Positions 36,442 to 46,113 of a stretch of DNA of 64,000 bases are shown one piece after another; within the stretch, counting starts at the first letter, position 1, and the number at the start of each line of letters is the position of its first letter. This DNA is from Terriglobia bacterium. GTDB lineage: Bacteria > Acidobacteriota > Terriglobia > 20CM-2-55-15. The notes under the pieces are model-generated. The model had not been told where the DNA came from, ran no database searches, and saw only the letters and a program-made list of their open reading frames with translations. The stretch spans positions 544,001 to 608,000 of the forward strand of contig CBDAOY010000008.1 of assembly GCA_965198225.1 (NCBI GenBank), given 5' to 3'. The position numbers and the translations under genes were made by a program.

Positions 36442-37449
36442 TTACTGATTTTCCGATAACGCCCGGTACGTTCCCCCGATACATCCTTGTTTCAGGAAAC
36501 TGTAGAACGGAAGTTCTGCAAACTCGCCCAGGTCCCGGTCGATCGAGGCCATGGTTTGTTCCAACGAGTTCCCCCGTTCGACGTGCTTCAATACCTCGTC
36601 GTGGATTGCCTTCACGTTGTCATAGTAGCGCTCCGCGCCCTGACGGAGACCGGCAGCATCGTAGCCGTCGATATATCCGTGTCCCGGGATGAACCACTCC
36701 GCATCGAGTTCCAGCGCCTGCCGCAGAGTGTCCAGATGCTGGGCGGCATATCCTTCGCCGAGTGACGCCGCGATGCCGTTGAAGTAGAGCTCGGTCAGGA
36801 ATGCCACGCCGTCATCCGGCAGGTACACGACCGTATCGCCCCGGGTATGGCCGAAACCGAAGTGGTGGAGTTCGATCCTTTTTCCGCCGACGTGGAGGAC
36901 CATTTCGTCGTCGAACGTGATATCGGGCAACGTCGGTCGCGGGGCGTCGCCAGTGGCTCTCTCGAGAGCGGTCGCTACCGCCTCCCGCGCGTTGCGGTGT
37001 GCGATTATGAGGGCGTCGCCGAACACCTCGTTGCTGTTGACGTGGTCCCCGTGGGGAGAAGCGTTAATCAGGTGGCTGATGGGCTTGTCGGTCACCTCGC
37101 GGATCGCCTCGATCATGCGACGTCCCTCTTCCGGGTTGTCCTGGCCGTCGGCAACGACCACCCCGTCGTCGGTCACGATCACGAGTGAATTCGTACGGAC
37201 GATCTCCTCTTCATTGGGAAGCTCCAGTGGACCCTCATAGGCGTAAACGCCTTCTACGATCGGGATGAGCTTCGGCGTGAAGTCCACCCCGAGCCGTCCC
37301 TGACCGAGGACGACGCTCGGAGCCAATACGAACACGAGACATAACGTCGTCAGTTGCGTGTAGGCGCGCTCTACGAGCGCACGTTGTCTCGGTGCGAGGA
37401 ATGTGCGGTCATAGACCGCACCTACATCTCGTTCTCTGGAACGATTCAT
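36442..37449 (-). CDS. Secreted MBL-fold metallohydrolase (cyclase-like)
   Basis: SPHGDH, GHTRGD, IPGHG; AAGGAG RBS before ATG 37449. Confidence 0.85.
   Translation of the reverse strand: MNRSRERDVGAVYDRTFLAPRQRALVERAYTQLTTLCLVFVLAPSVVLGQGRLGVDFTPKLIPIVEGVYAYEGPLELPNEEEIVRTNSLVIVTDDGVVVADGQDNPEEGRRMIEAIREVTDKPISHLINASPHGDHVNSNEVFGDALIIAHRNAREAVATALERATGDAPRPTLPDITFDDEMVLHVGGKRIELHHFGFGHTRGDTVVYLPDDGVAFLTELYFNGIAASLGEGYAAQHLDTLRQALELDAEWFIPGHGYIDGYDAAGLRQGAERYYDNVKAIHDEVLKHVERGNSLEQTMASIDRDLGEFAELPFYSFLKQGCIGGTYRALSENQ
37360..37425. repeat. GTAG-type REPIN (family C) inside the MBL gene 5' end
   Basis: GTAGGCGCGCTCTACGAGCGC...GTGCGGTCATAGACCGCACCTAC, 66 bp. Confidence 0.8.
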
Positions 37450-37550
37450 CGAATGACTCCTTTCATGGAAGAAGTGACAAGTGACGAGTGACAAGTGACA
37501 AGTCCGAAGAGCCCAACTGACTACCGACTACTGATTACTGACTACTTCCC

Positions 37551-38783
37551 TTATATATTCAGCTCACTGGTGATTTCCATCGTCCATGTCACCGCTTTCA
37601 GGTACGCCGACCGGATGGTCGCCGGGTCGAGTCTCAGCTGTGTGGTCAGCTCGGCGAGCCGATCCCACTCGCTCCGCTCGTATGCGAGGGTGAAGTCCAG
37701 GATCTTTCCAAGAAGGCCCTCGTGGTTGAGGAGCGCGGCCGTGGTCTCCTCCGACAGCGGCAGTTTCTCCAACACGTCTGCCATCAGGCAGTCCAGCATG
37801 GCGTCCAGCACCGAGAACAGACCGACGGTGAAGAACTGTTCGGCATTGCGGACGTGTTGTGCCTCGGCCAGTTGCTCGCACATTTTGGCCCGGATAATCG
37901 CCGTCACCATCAACTCCCTGGGTTTGTCGTCCATCGAGGCAAGCATCAGCAGGCTGGCCCAGGTCCGGATTCGTGCCGTCCCGATCAACATCGCGGCATG
38001 ACCGATGGAATCGACCTCGCGGGGAAGGGCGCAGTAAGCCGAATTGACGAACAAAAGCAGCTTGTAGCTGAGCGCGGCATCCTGCTTGATGGTTTCTTCG
38101 AGTTCCTCGCCCTTGATGTTCGGGTCCTGCAGTTTCGCCACGAGACGCGTCGCGGCCAGCCGGTTCATCGGGATCTGCCTGCCCTGGATCAACTTGGGCT
38201 TACAGAAGAAGAACCCCTGGAAATACTCGAAACCGAGTCCCTCGCAGAATTCGAATTCTTCCAGTGTTTCGACTTTTTCCGCGACCAGCCTAACTTTGAA
38301 GTCCTTGAGCGCAGATACATGCCGCTCCAGCGCGTTTCTGTCGACACCCAGGATATCGACCTTGATGATATTGGCCAGCTCAACCAGAGGGCGCAGGCTC
38401 TCTTCGTAGACAAAGTCGTCCAGTGCAATAACGTAACCTTGCCGGGACAGCTGCTGGAGAGACTGGATGATTGCCGAATCCGCGGTGACGTCTTTCAGTA
38501 CTTCCAGTACCACGCGATCCTTTGGCAGCGAAGCGCAGTGGCCGTCGAGGATGAAATTGCGTGTGAGATTGATGAAGGCGAGGTCGGGCCCGACGATCCG
38601 CTCGAGGCCGATTTCGATGAAATTCAGGATGACCTGAGCCGTCGCCCGATCGCCATCGACGATGACTGCCCTATCCGCCGCGCCGCTGTCCCGAAACAAC
38701 AGCTCATAACCGTAGACATCCATCTTGCTGCGGTAGATGGGCTGGCGGCTGACGTAGGCTTCGGTGACACTCTCTGTCGACAT
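37551..38783 (-). CDS. EAL + HDOD domain protein (YuxH/PdeH-like)
   Basis: RQPI, YELLFR, ALDDF, AEKVET, FQGFFF, then HDOD (GLFSVLDA). Confidence 0.92.
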   Translation of the reverse strand: MSTESVTEAYVSRQPIYRSKMDVYGYELLFRDSGAADRAVIVDGDRATAQVILNFIEIGLERIVGPDLAFINLTRNFILDGHCASLPKDRVVLEVLKDVTADSAIIQSLQQLSRQGYVIALDDFVYEESLRPLVELANIIKVDILGVDRNALERHVSALKDFKVRLVAEKVETLEEFEFCEGLGFEYFQGFFFCKPKLIQGRQIPMNRLAATRLVAKLQDPNIKGEELEETIKQDAALSYKLLLFVNSAYCALPREVDSIGHAAMLIGTARIRTWASLLMLASMDDKPRELMVTAIIRAKMCEQLAEAQHVRNAEQFFTVGLFSVLDAMLDCLMADVLEKLPLSEETTAALLNHEGLLGKILDFTLAYERSEWDRLAELTTQLRLDPATIRSAYLKAVTWTMEITSELNI

Positions 38784-38943
38784 GCTGAATCGCTACAAGG
38801 GAGGGATCATCGTAGCACGAACGAGTAGTCAGTAGTCAGTAGCCAGTTGTCAGTGCAGAGCAACGTGGTCTCCTCCCGGCAACTGACTACCGACTACTGA
38901 CAACTGATTACTCGTCCTGTTGTACTATCAACGTTTCAGACAC

Positions 38944-40122
38944 ATGAACCCCATCTACAAGAGCGAGATCAATCGGGACGTGCCTCCGGCCGGGGACGGC
39001 GAGTTCGCGCCGCTCGGCCTCGGCCCGATGTCGATCTGGCCCCCTGTCGTACTGGCTCCGATGGCCGGTGTGACGAACTATCCGTTTCGGGCAATCTGCC
39101 GTAGCTTCGGTGCCGGCCTCTATGTCAGCGAGATGATCGGCGCCCGGCCGCTCGCCGATCGACGGGAGAAAACGTTGAAGCTGGCGGATTTCGGGCCGGG
39201 GGAAACACCTCGCAGTCTCCAGCTCTATGGCGCCGATCCGCGCTACGTCTCCGAGGCCGTCAAGAGGCTGGTCGGGGAGGGCCGCATTGATCACCTTGAC
39301 ATGAACTTCGGGTGTCCGGTGCGCAAGGTCACGCGGAAAGGAGGTGGGGCAGCCATCCCGTTGAAGCCCAGGCTGTTTCGCGACATCGTCCGGGCGGCGG
39401 TCGCGTCCGCCGGCGACGTTCCGGTTACGATCAAATTTCGGCTGGGGATCGACGAGAGGCACCTCACCTACATGGACTCGGGTCGCCTCGCCGAGGACGA
39501 AGGCTGCGCCGGTGTCGGACTGCATGCTCGCACCGCGGCCGACCTGTACAACGGGGAAGCTCGCTGGGAAGCAATTGCTGATCTGAAGGCATCGGTCACG
39601 ATACCCGTACTGGGAAACGGCGATATCTGGGAGGGTGGAGACGCGTTGCGCCTGATGCGGCAGACCGGATGCGACGGGGTCATCGTCGGTCGGGGGTGTC
39701 TCGGCCGGCCCTGGTTGTTCCGGGATCTGGCCGATGTCTTCCGGGGAGCCGAACCATCCGATCCTCCGGCGTTCGCCGAAGTCCTCGATGTCATGTTTCG
39801 TCACGCCAGACACCTGCTCGATTGGTTCGGTCCACCCACCGGGATCAGGGCTTTCCGCCGCCATGTCTCCTGGTACACGAAGGGCTTCCGGCTGCCTTCA
39901 GAAGTCCGGGCGGAGATGATGAGAGCGGGGAGCCTCGAAGAACTTGAAGCCTTGTTCGGGACTGTCGATTGGGACCAGCCATTCCCTCCGACCGCGATGC
40001 GTGTCAAGCGTGGAAAGCATGGCGGTACGCAGAAGGTCGTCCTGCCTGAAGGGTACCTGGACGATCCGGAGGACGCGGGCCCCCCCGGCGTCGAAGCGGA
40101 AGGTGTGGTCTCGGGTGGGTAA
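38944..40122 (+). CDS. dusB: tRNA-dihydrouridine synthase
   Basis: LAPMAGVT, NFGCPVRKV, LHART, GNGDI. Confidence 0.92.
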   Translation: MNPIYKSEINRDVPPAGDGEFAPLGLGPMSIWPPVVLAPMAGVTNYPFRAICRSFGAGLYVSEMIGARPLADRREKTLKLADFGPGETPRSLQLYGADPRYVSEAVKRLVGEGRIDHLDMNFGCPVRKVTRKGGGAAIPLKPRLFRDIVRAAVASAGDVPVTIKFRLGIDERHLTYMDSGRLAEDEGCAGVGLHARTAADLYNGEARWEAIADLKASVTIPVLGNGDIWEGGDALRLMRQTGCDGVIVGRGCLGRPWLFRDLADVFRGAEPSDPPAFAEVLDVMFRHARHLLDWFGPPTGIRAFRRHVSWYTKGFRLPSEVRAEMMRAGSLEELEALFGTVDWDQPFPPTAMRVKRGKHGGTQKVVLPEGYLDDPEDAGPPGVEAEGVVSGG

Positions 40123-41377
40123 GTCGCCGTCGTCCCAGTCGGCTCAGTTCCGAAGCCTGTCCGTCCTGATCGCGGTGGCCTTCGTCGACATGCTCGGCTT
40201 CGCGATGATATTCCCTCTCCTGCCGTTCTACGCGCTCGAGTTGAACATCTCGCCGCAGTTCATCGGCGTCATCATCGCGTCCTTTTCCGTCGCACAGTTG
40301 TTGTCGGCACCCGTCTGGGGCCGGGTTTCGGACCGTTACGGGCGGCGACCGGCGCTCCTCATCGGGCTGACCGCATCAGCCATCTCCTTCATCGTGTTCG
40401 GTTTCGCCAACTCGTTCTGGCTCTTGCTCACATCCCGGGTCATACAGGGAGCCGGCGGCGGCACCACGGGCGTTCTTCACGCATACGTCGCCGATACGGT
40501 CCCGCCCGACGATCGCGCCCGTTCCCTGGGATGGATCTCAGCAGCCACTTCGGCCGGGACGATGATCGGGCCCGTGATCGGTTCCACTGCGGCCTACTGG
40601 GGCCAAGCCGCACCGGGCCTGGTCGCCGCCGGACTCTGTTTCGCGAACATCGTATTCGCATGCATTCGGCTGGAGGAATCGTCCGGCGTGGACGAAAAGG
40701 CCCGCACCCGAAAGCGAAAACCGGTCTGGCACACGGCGTGGACTGTTCTGCGGCACCCTGGAGGGACCGTGCCCCGTCTGGTCTGGATTTACGCTCTCGG
40801 GATGCTGTCGTTTTCGACCTTTACGTCGATCATCACGCTCTTCCTGGGTATGGACTTCAACGTGACGGAGCGCAACATCGGCTACGTCTTCCTGTATGTC
40901 GGTTTTCTGTCCGTCGTCATGCGAACCCTGATTCTCGGGCCTGTCGTCGACCGTTTCGGCGAGGCCTGGACGATGCGACTCGGTGCCGTCAGCCTGATTT
41001 TCGGCCTGGCGTCCTACCCGTTCGCGACAGGGTTCTGGACGCTGGCGGCCACGATGCCGTTGATGCCGATCGGCACCGCGTTGCTGTTTCCATCTACAAC
41101 CGCATTGACTTCCAAGTGGGCGGAAGAAGCGGAGCTGGGGACGACGATGGGCACCGCCCAGACATTCGCCGGCTTGTCCAGGGTCGTCGCGCCCCTGATC
41201 GCGACCGCCCTGTTCCAGGAGCTTGGCCACGGCATCCCGTTCTTCGTGGGGGCTGGCTACATGTTTTTTGTCCTGCTGCTGTCGTTCGGCATTGGAGACG
41301 CCGTGGAGTCACGCGGAACGGCCCCGTCGGTGCGTTCGGCACAGCCACCCCTCCTCAGAAAGGAGGGGAGTTCTTGA
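40115..41377 (+). CDS. MFS transporter (TetA/DHA1-like)
   Basis: Motif A GRVSDRYGRRP, about 12 TM helices. Confidence 0.92.
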   Translation: MGKSPSSQSAQFRSLSVLIAVAFVDMLGFAMIFPLLPFYALELNISPQFIGVIIASFSVAQLLSAPVWGRVSDRYGRRPALLIGLTASAISFIVFGFANSFWLLLTSRVIQGAGGGTTGVLHAYVADTVPPDDRARSLGWISAATSAGTMIGPVIGSTAAYWGQAAPGLVAAGLCFANIVFACIRLEESSGVDEKARTRKRKPVWHTAWTVLRHPGGTVPRLVWIYALGMLSFSTFTSIITLFLGMDFNVTERNIGYVFLYVGFLSVVMRTLILGPVVDRFGEAWTMRLGAVSLIFGLASYPFATGFWTLAATMPLMPIGTALLFPSTTALTSKWAEEAELGTTMGTAQTFAGLSRVVAPLIATALFQELGHGIPFFVGAGYMFFVLLLSFGIGDAVESRGTAPSVRSAQPPLLRKEGSS

Positions 41378-41438
41378 GGCCAACCCGTCTGAGGGCTGCG
41401 ACTCGGGAACCGGCTGGACGCCGGGACCAGATCGAAGT

Positions 41439-42347
41439 ATGAAGGAAGAAACCACATTCGCGAGGTCCGCGTGGAACCCGGCTCCGAGGCTGGGGCGGGG
41501 TTCGAACCTTCCGACCGTCTGGACGAATTGTCTGGCCGGTACCCTGCTTGCCGGAGGCGGTTTCGATGTTATCGTTTTTGCCCCCGCGGTGGTGGCGACG
41601 TCGGTGTTCTACGCCGCGGGCATGCTTCTCCGCGATGCATTTGGTCGGGGGTTTGATTCGGAGTACCGGCCGGAGGGCACCACTTCCCGAGCCGATGCCG
41701 CACCGCGCCAGGGTTTAGTCACCGGTTTTGGACTCATGGCCGTTGGAGTCCTATTGCTGCACCTGCCCTCCTGGTTCCTGGGGGGGAGAATCCACGGAGA
41801 AGTCGTGTTCTGGAGCCTCCTGCTGGCGCTGCTCATCGTCTACGACAGCTACAGGATCAGGCCTCACCCCCTGAGTCCCCTGGTTCCGGTGTTGTGTCGT
41901 GCGATGGTTTATCTTGTCGCGGCCGCACTCGCCTCCAGTGCCTTCCAGGCGCCCGTGCTCGTCGGGGCCGCGCTACTCTCGGCGTACTTGATTGGGGTCG
42001 TCTACGGCGCGAAACAAGAGACGAACCGAACTCGCGATTCCTGGCCGCTGTTGTTTCTTGCCGTTCCGTTCATCTATCACGCGCAGGAACTCCCGAGCCT
42101 CTCTTTCGCCGGTCTCGTATGGGCGGCCTTTCTCTGTTGGGTTCTGTTTACGCTGGGTTTTTTCTACCGTAAGAGGGCCGGCAACATGCCGCGCACGGTC
42201 ATCGGCCTGATTGCCGGTATTTCGCTCCTGGACGCCCTGGCGATCGCCTCGATGGGTGGAGAACCCGGAGTCGTTGCAGCTGCGGTTGCCTGTTTCCTTT
42301 TGGTACTCGCCTTCCAACGATACTTCCCCGGCGTCCACGGCACCTAG
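41439..42347 (+). CDS. UbiA-family prenyltransferase-like (EboC-like), first Asp-rich motif degenerate
   Basis: LGRGSNLPTVWTNCLAG N-terminus, multiple TM helices, LLDA. Confidence 0.7.
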   Translation: MKEETTFARSAWNPAPRLGRGSNLPTVWTNCLAGTLLAGGGFDVIVFAPAVVATSVFYAAGMLLRDAFGRGFDSEYRPEGTTSRADAAPRQGLVTGFGLMAVGVLLLHLPSWFLGGRIHGEVVFWSLLLALLIVYDSYRIRPHPLSPLVPVLCRAMVYLVAAALASSAFQAPVLVGAALLSAYLIGVVYGAKQETNRTRDSWPLLFLAVPFIYHAQELPSLSFAGLVWAAFLCWVLFTLGFFYRKRAGNMPRTVIGLIAGISLLDALAIASMGGEPGVVAAAVACFLLVLAFQRYFPGVHGT

Positions 42348-42487
42348 TTACGTTTATTTTTCAACACGCAGTAACGAAGGCAACGAAGATCGGAAAAGAT
42401 ATTGCTATCTTCGTCTCGCTTCGTGCCCTTCGTTACTTCGTGTTAAAAGAGAACGTTTGTCTTAGCGCAATGATCGGGTCAGGGCTT

Positions 42488-43540
42488 TCACTCGGGGCCC
42501 AGCAGCAGCTTTCGGTCGAGGTCGGCGACATTCCCGGCGCCCACTAGAAACATGGCGGTCCTCATTTCCCGGAACAACCGTTCGCCCGCCGCCACGACAG
42601 CGTCGGCCGATTCCCTGGCGGCGAGCAGAAACGGTCGGGCGACGGCCACGTAGTCAGCACCGAGCGCCAGCGCTTTGATGGCCTGGATCCCGTTCCGAAT
42701 GCCTCCGCTGGCGACGATCCTTGCCGATCCTGTTCGGTCGGGATCGATCCTTTCCAGGATCCATCGCGTTGGCAGGCCGAAGTCGCTGAACATCTCACCG
42801 AAGGATGGATCCTGGCTCAGTCGGGCCTCGACCGCGGCCCAACTCGTTCCGTCGTTGCCTGAGACGTCGATGTAGCCGACACCAAGGCCGGCAATGGTTT
42901 CGACCAGTTCGGGGGCGATTCCACCGCCGCATTCCTTCACGTAGACCGGTAGTGGACAGCGTTGGACAAAGTCGTCCAGGTGTGATGTGAGGTTTCTGAA
43001 GTCGGTGTCCCCACCCTCCTGGATCGATTCCTGAAGCGCGTTGAGGTGGAGTCCGAAAACATCAGGTCGGATGCGTTCGATGATCTGCGCGGCCTGGTCC
43101 CAGGCCAGACCGTAGTTGAAACTGACCAGTCCCAGGTTCGCAATCAAGGGGACCGACGGGGCAAGGTCGCGCACTTCGAAGCTGGGCACGGCCGCATCGT
43201 CCTTGACCATCACCTTCATCGATCCCAGGCCGAGAGGTACCTGTAGCCGTTCTGCCCCTGCGGCCAGGTTCGAGTTGAGCCGTTTGAACTCCTCTCCGAC
43301 ACCCCCGGTCATCGACGAGATGATCAACGGCGCCGCGATCGCTCGTCCGGCGAATCGGGTCTCTGTTGAAACTTCCGACAGAGCGAGTTCCGGCAGGGCG
43401 TTGTAGCGTAGCTTGAGGTCTGCAAAACTGTCGCGTCGCAGGTCCACCGACGGGTCCAGACACACTTCGATGTGGCCCTGCTTACGTCTGTTCAGCGACT
43501 CGTTCAGGTCGGCGTTGGCCTCGCCCCCGGGGTCCGGCAT
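42488..43540 (-). CDS. fni: Type 2 isopentenyl-diphosphate isomerase (FMN)
   Basis: RKQGHI, SSMTGG, HLNALQE, VKECGGG, GTSW, SGGIRNG. Confidence 0.93.
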   Translation of the reverse strand: MPDPGGEANADLNESLNRRKQGHIEVCLDPSVDLRRDSFADLKLRYNALPELALSEVSTETRFAGRAIAAPLIISSMTGGVGEEFKRLNSNLAAGAERLQVPLGLGSMKVMVKDDAAVPSFEVRDLAPSVPLIANLGLVSFNYGLAWDQAAQIIERIRPDVFGLHLNALQESIQEGGDTDFRNLTSHLDDFVQRCPLPVYVKECGGGIAPELVETIAGLGVGYIDVSGNDGTSWAAVEARLSQDPSFGEMFSDFGLPTRWILERIDPDRTGSARIVASGGIRNGIQAIKALALGADYVAVARPFLLAARESADAVVAAGERLFREMRTAMFLVGAGNVADLDRKLLLGPE

Positions 43541-43711
43541 GGGCGGTCATTCTAACACCCCATTCGAGAGACTTCCCCGGCCCCGCGTTCGGCGCCCTTG
43601 CGGTTCGACCTCCGGCCTCTTTGGAGGCGAGGGGTCAGTTGTGGCGGATGCTGTGCTGCCTCTGCGGTAGAATTCAGGCTCCAGTCCGCCGGTAGAAGTC
43701 GAGGAGTCTTG

Positions 43712-44458
43712 ATGACTGAGAGTAACGACAGGGTATCGCCGGGTGGGGGTTCGAGCGGTATCCCTGATCGGAAACACTCCGAAGAAAAGGCCCCGTCGAG
43801 CTATCTGATCCAGGTTTCGCCACGCTTTCTCGTGACACTACTCGCGATCCTGGCGCTCACCCTCCTGCTCTGTCACGCCGCGTTGACGATTTACCACTAC
43901 CAGGTCGATGAGTTGCCCGGGCTTCCCTGGCGCCAGCTCTTCGACGTCGACGAAGAGAATAATCTGCCGACATGGTTTTCGGAGTTGCTGCTCCTTACCG
44001 CGACGGTGCTGCTGTGGTTATGCGCCGGTAAGAAGCGCCGTGATGAGGACCCGTCCTTCGGCTGGTACGTGCTGACCATCGGGTTTTTCCTGCTTGCGAT
44101 CGACGAGGTCGCGGGAATCCACGAGACAATCAACAGCTTGATCGATACGACCTGGGCGATCGGTGGCGGTTTGCTTGCTCTTGGAATTGGCCTGGGCTTC
44201 ATACCGTTCCTGTGGCGGCTGCCCAGGCTAACGGCAATTCTGTTCGCCCTCGCCGGGGCAATCTATGTCGGCGGTGCGGTGGGTGTGGAGATCATCGGGG
44301 AACCACTCGACAGCGACTCGCTCCAGTACAACCTCTTAACCGTCCTGGAGGAGGGCATGGAGATGTTCGGTGTCATCTTCTTCATACACGTGCTGCTCGG
44401 CTACATGCGGGAACCTCGGGCGAACATCCTGCAGGGAGCTGTTGAGTTGACAGGGTAG
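43712..44458 (+). CDS. Hypothetical multi-pass membrane protein
   Basis: RBS, about 6 TM helices, ENNLPTWFS, IDE...IHE, EEGMEMFG. Confidence 0.75.
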   Translation: MTESNDRVSPGGGSSGIPDRKHSEEKAPSSYLIQVSPRFLVTLLAILALTLLLCHAALTIYHYQVDELPGLPWRQLFDVDEENNLPTWFSELLLLTATVLLWLCAGKKRRDEDPSFGWYVLTIGFFLLAIDEVAGIHETINSLIDTTWAIGGGLLALGIGLGFIPFLWRLPRLTAILFALAGAIYVGGAVGVEIIGEPLDSDSLQYNLLTVLEEGMEMFGVIFFIHVLLGYMREPRANILQGAVELTG

Positions 44459-44515
44459 CGGATCCCGACGATCGCTTCGTTGACTTCCAGGCGTGCCCAA
44501 GCTAGCCTCTCGGTC

Positions 44516-46099
44516 ATGACACGACCATCCGCTTTGACCGCCGTTATTCTGCTCTTGTCAGGGTGTAGCGGCCCTCCCCCGGATTCCGCCGCGATTCCTG
44601 ACATCGACGGCGATGCGATCTCGGGCCACATCCAGGCCCTGGCGTCGGACGACATGGAAGGCCGCGCTCCCGGCAGCGCCGGGGAGGGGCTGGCGACCAC
44701 GTACATCGCCGACTATTTTCGATCGATCGGCCTGGATACGTCTTTCCAGAACGTGCCCCTGGTCGGGACGACCGCAACGCCGACATCGCTGACCCTGCGC
44801 AAAGGCGGCGAAACCCGGACGCTCGCCTACCGCGATGAGTTTATGGCATGGACGACTCGGGAGGTTGAATCGATCGCCCTGGACCCGGCCGAGATGGTCT
44901 TCGTCGGTTACGGCACGGTTGCTCCGGAGTATGACTGGGACGACTACGCGGGCGTCGATGTCGAAGGCAAGGTGCTCCTGATGCTGGTCGGAGATCCACC
45001 GCTCGAAGACGAAAGCATGTTTGGTGGACAGGCGATGACCTACTACGGACGCTGGACCTACAAGTACGAGGAGGCCGCACGCCAGGGCGCCCGTGGTGCC
45101 TTCATCGTCCACGAGAACGCACCGGCCGGCTATCCCTGGGAGGTCGTCAGCGGATCCTGGTCGGGCGAACAGTTCGACATGGTCAAGGCCGACAGAGGGG
45201 CGTCCGAGACCGGAATCCAGGGCTGGATCACGCTGGAGATGGCCCTGCAGCTGGCCGAGTGGGCCGGGCATTCGTTCGATGAGCTGAAGCAGCAGGCGTT
45301 GAGTCCGGAGTTCAATCCGATACCGCTGGGCGTCGATGCGTCAGTCGAGATCGAAAACACGTTGAGGCATGTGGATTCGAAGAACGTCGTTGGCGTGCTC
45401 GCCGGCGAGACTGATGAGTACGTCGTCTTTTCCTCGCACTGGGACCACATCGGAAGAGATGGCTCGATTGAGGGAGACCAGATCTACAACGGCGCCGTCG
45501 ACAATGCATCCGGGATTGCCACGATGCTTGAAATCGCCCGTGCCTTCACCGCGCTGCCGGACAGGACGCGTCGGACATTGGTGTTCCTCGCCGTGACCGC
45601 CGAGGAGCAGGGTCTGCTGGGGTCGAAGTACTACGCCGAGAACCCGCTGTTCCCGCTGGAGCGGACCGTCGCCAACATCAATATTGATGGCGCGAACGTC
45701 TATGGCGCGACCGACAAGATCATCGTGATCGGCTACGGCTACACGTCGCTGGAGGACCACCTGAGGCGGATCGCGTCCGAGCAGGGGAGGGCGGTCGTTC
45801 CGGATCCGGAATCAGAAAAGGGTTTCTACTACCGTTCGGACCAGTTCAATTTCGCCAAGAAAGGCGTTCCCGCTCTCTATATTGACAGCACCAACCTTGA
45901 GGACAGCAACCGCTACACCGCCGAGCGTTATCACAAGCCCTCGGATGAATTCGATCCCACCTGGAATTTCGACGGAGCCGTTGCGGACGCTGTGGCCCTG
46001 TTTAGTGTGGCCCTGGAGGTCGCCGATGCGGACGACTGGCCGGAATGGATGCCGGGCACCGAATTCAAAGCGGTTCGAGACGAAATGCTCAACCGGTGA
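44516..46099 (+). CDS. M28 family peptidase with PA domain, lipoprotein
   Basis: LSGC lipobox, SHWDHIG, GAVDNASG, TAEEQGLLGS, YHKPSD. Confidence 0.93.
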   Translation: MTRPSALTAVILLLSGCSGPPPDSAAIPDIDGDAISGHIQALASDDMEGRAPGSAGEGLATTYIADYFRSIGLDTSFQNVPLVGTTATPTSLTLRKGGETRTLAYRDEFMAWTTREVESIALDPAEMVFVGYGTVAPEYDWDDYAGVDVEGKVLLMLVGDPPLEDESMFGGQAMTYYGRWTYKYEEAARQGARGAFIVHENAPAGYPWEVVSGSWSGEQFDMVKADRGASETGIQGWITLEMALQLAEWAGHSFDELKQQALSPEFNPIPLGVDASVEIENTLRHVDSKNVVGVLAGETDEYVVFSSHWDHIGRDGSIEGDQIYNGAVDNASGIATMLEIARAFTALPDRTRRTLVFLAVTAEEQGLLGSKYYAENPLFPLERTVANINIDGANVYGATDKIIVIGYGYTSLEDHLRRIASEQGRAVVPDPESEKGFYYRSDQFNFAKKGVPALYIDSTNLEDSNRYTAERYHKPSDEFDPTWNFDGAVADAVALFSVALEVADADDWPEWMPGTEFKAVRDEMLNR

Positions 46100-46113
46100 C
46101 ACGTGAGGTAGGC

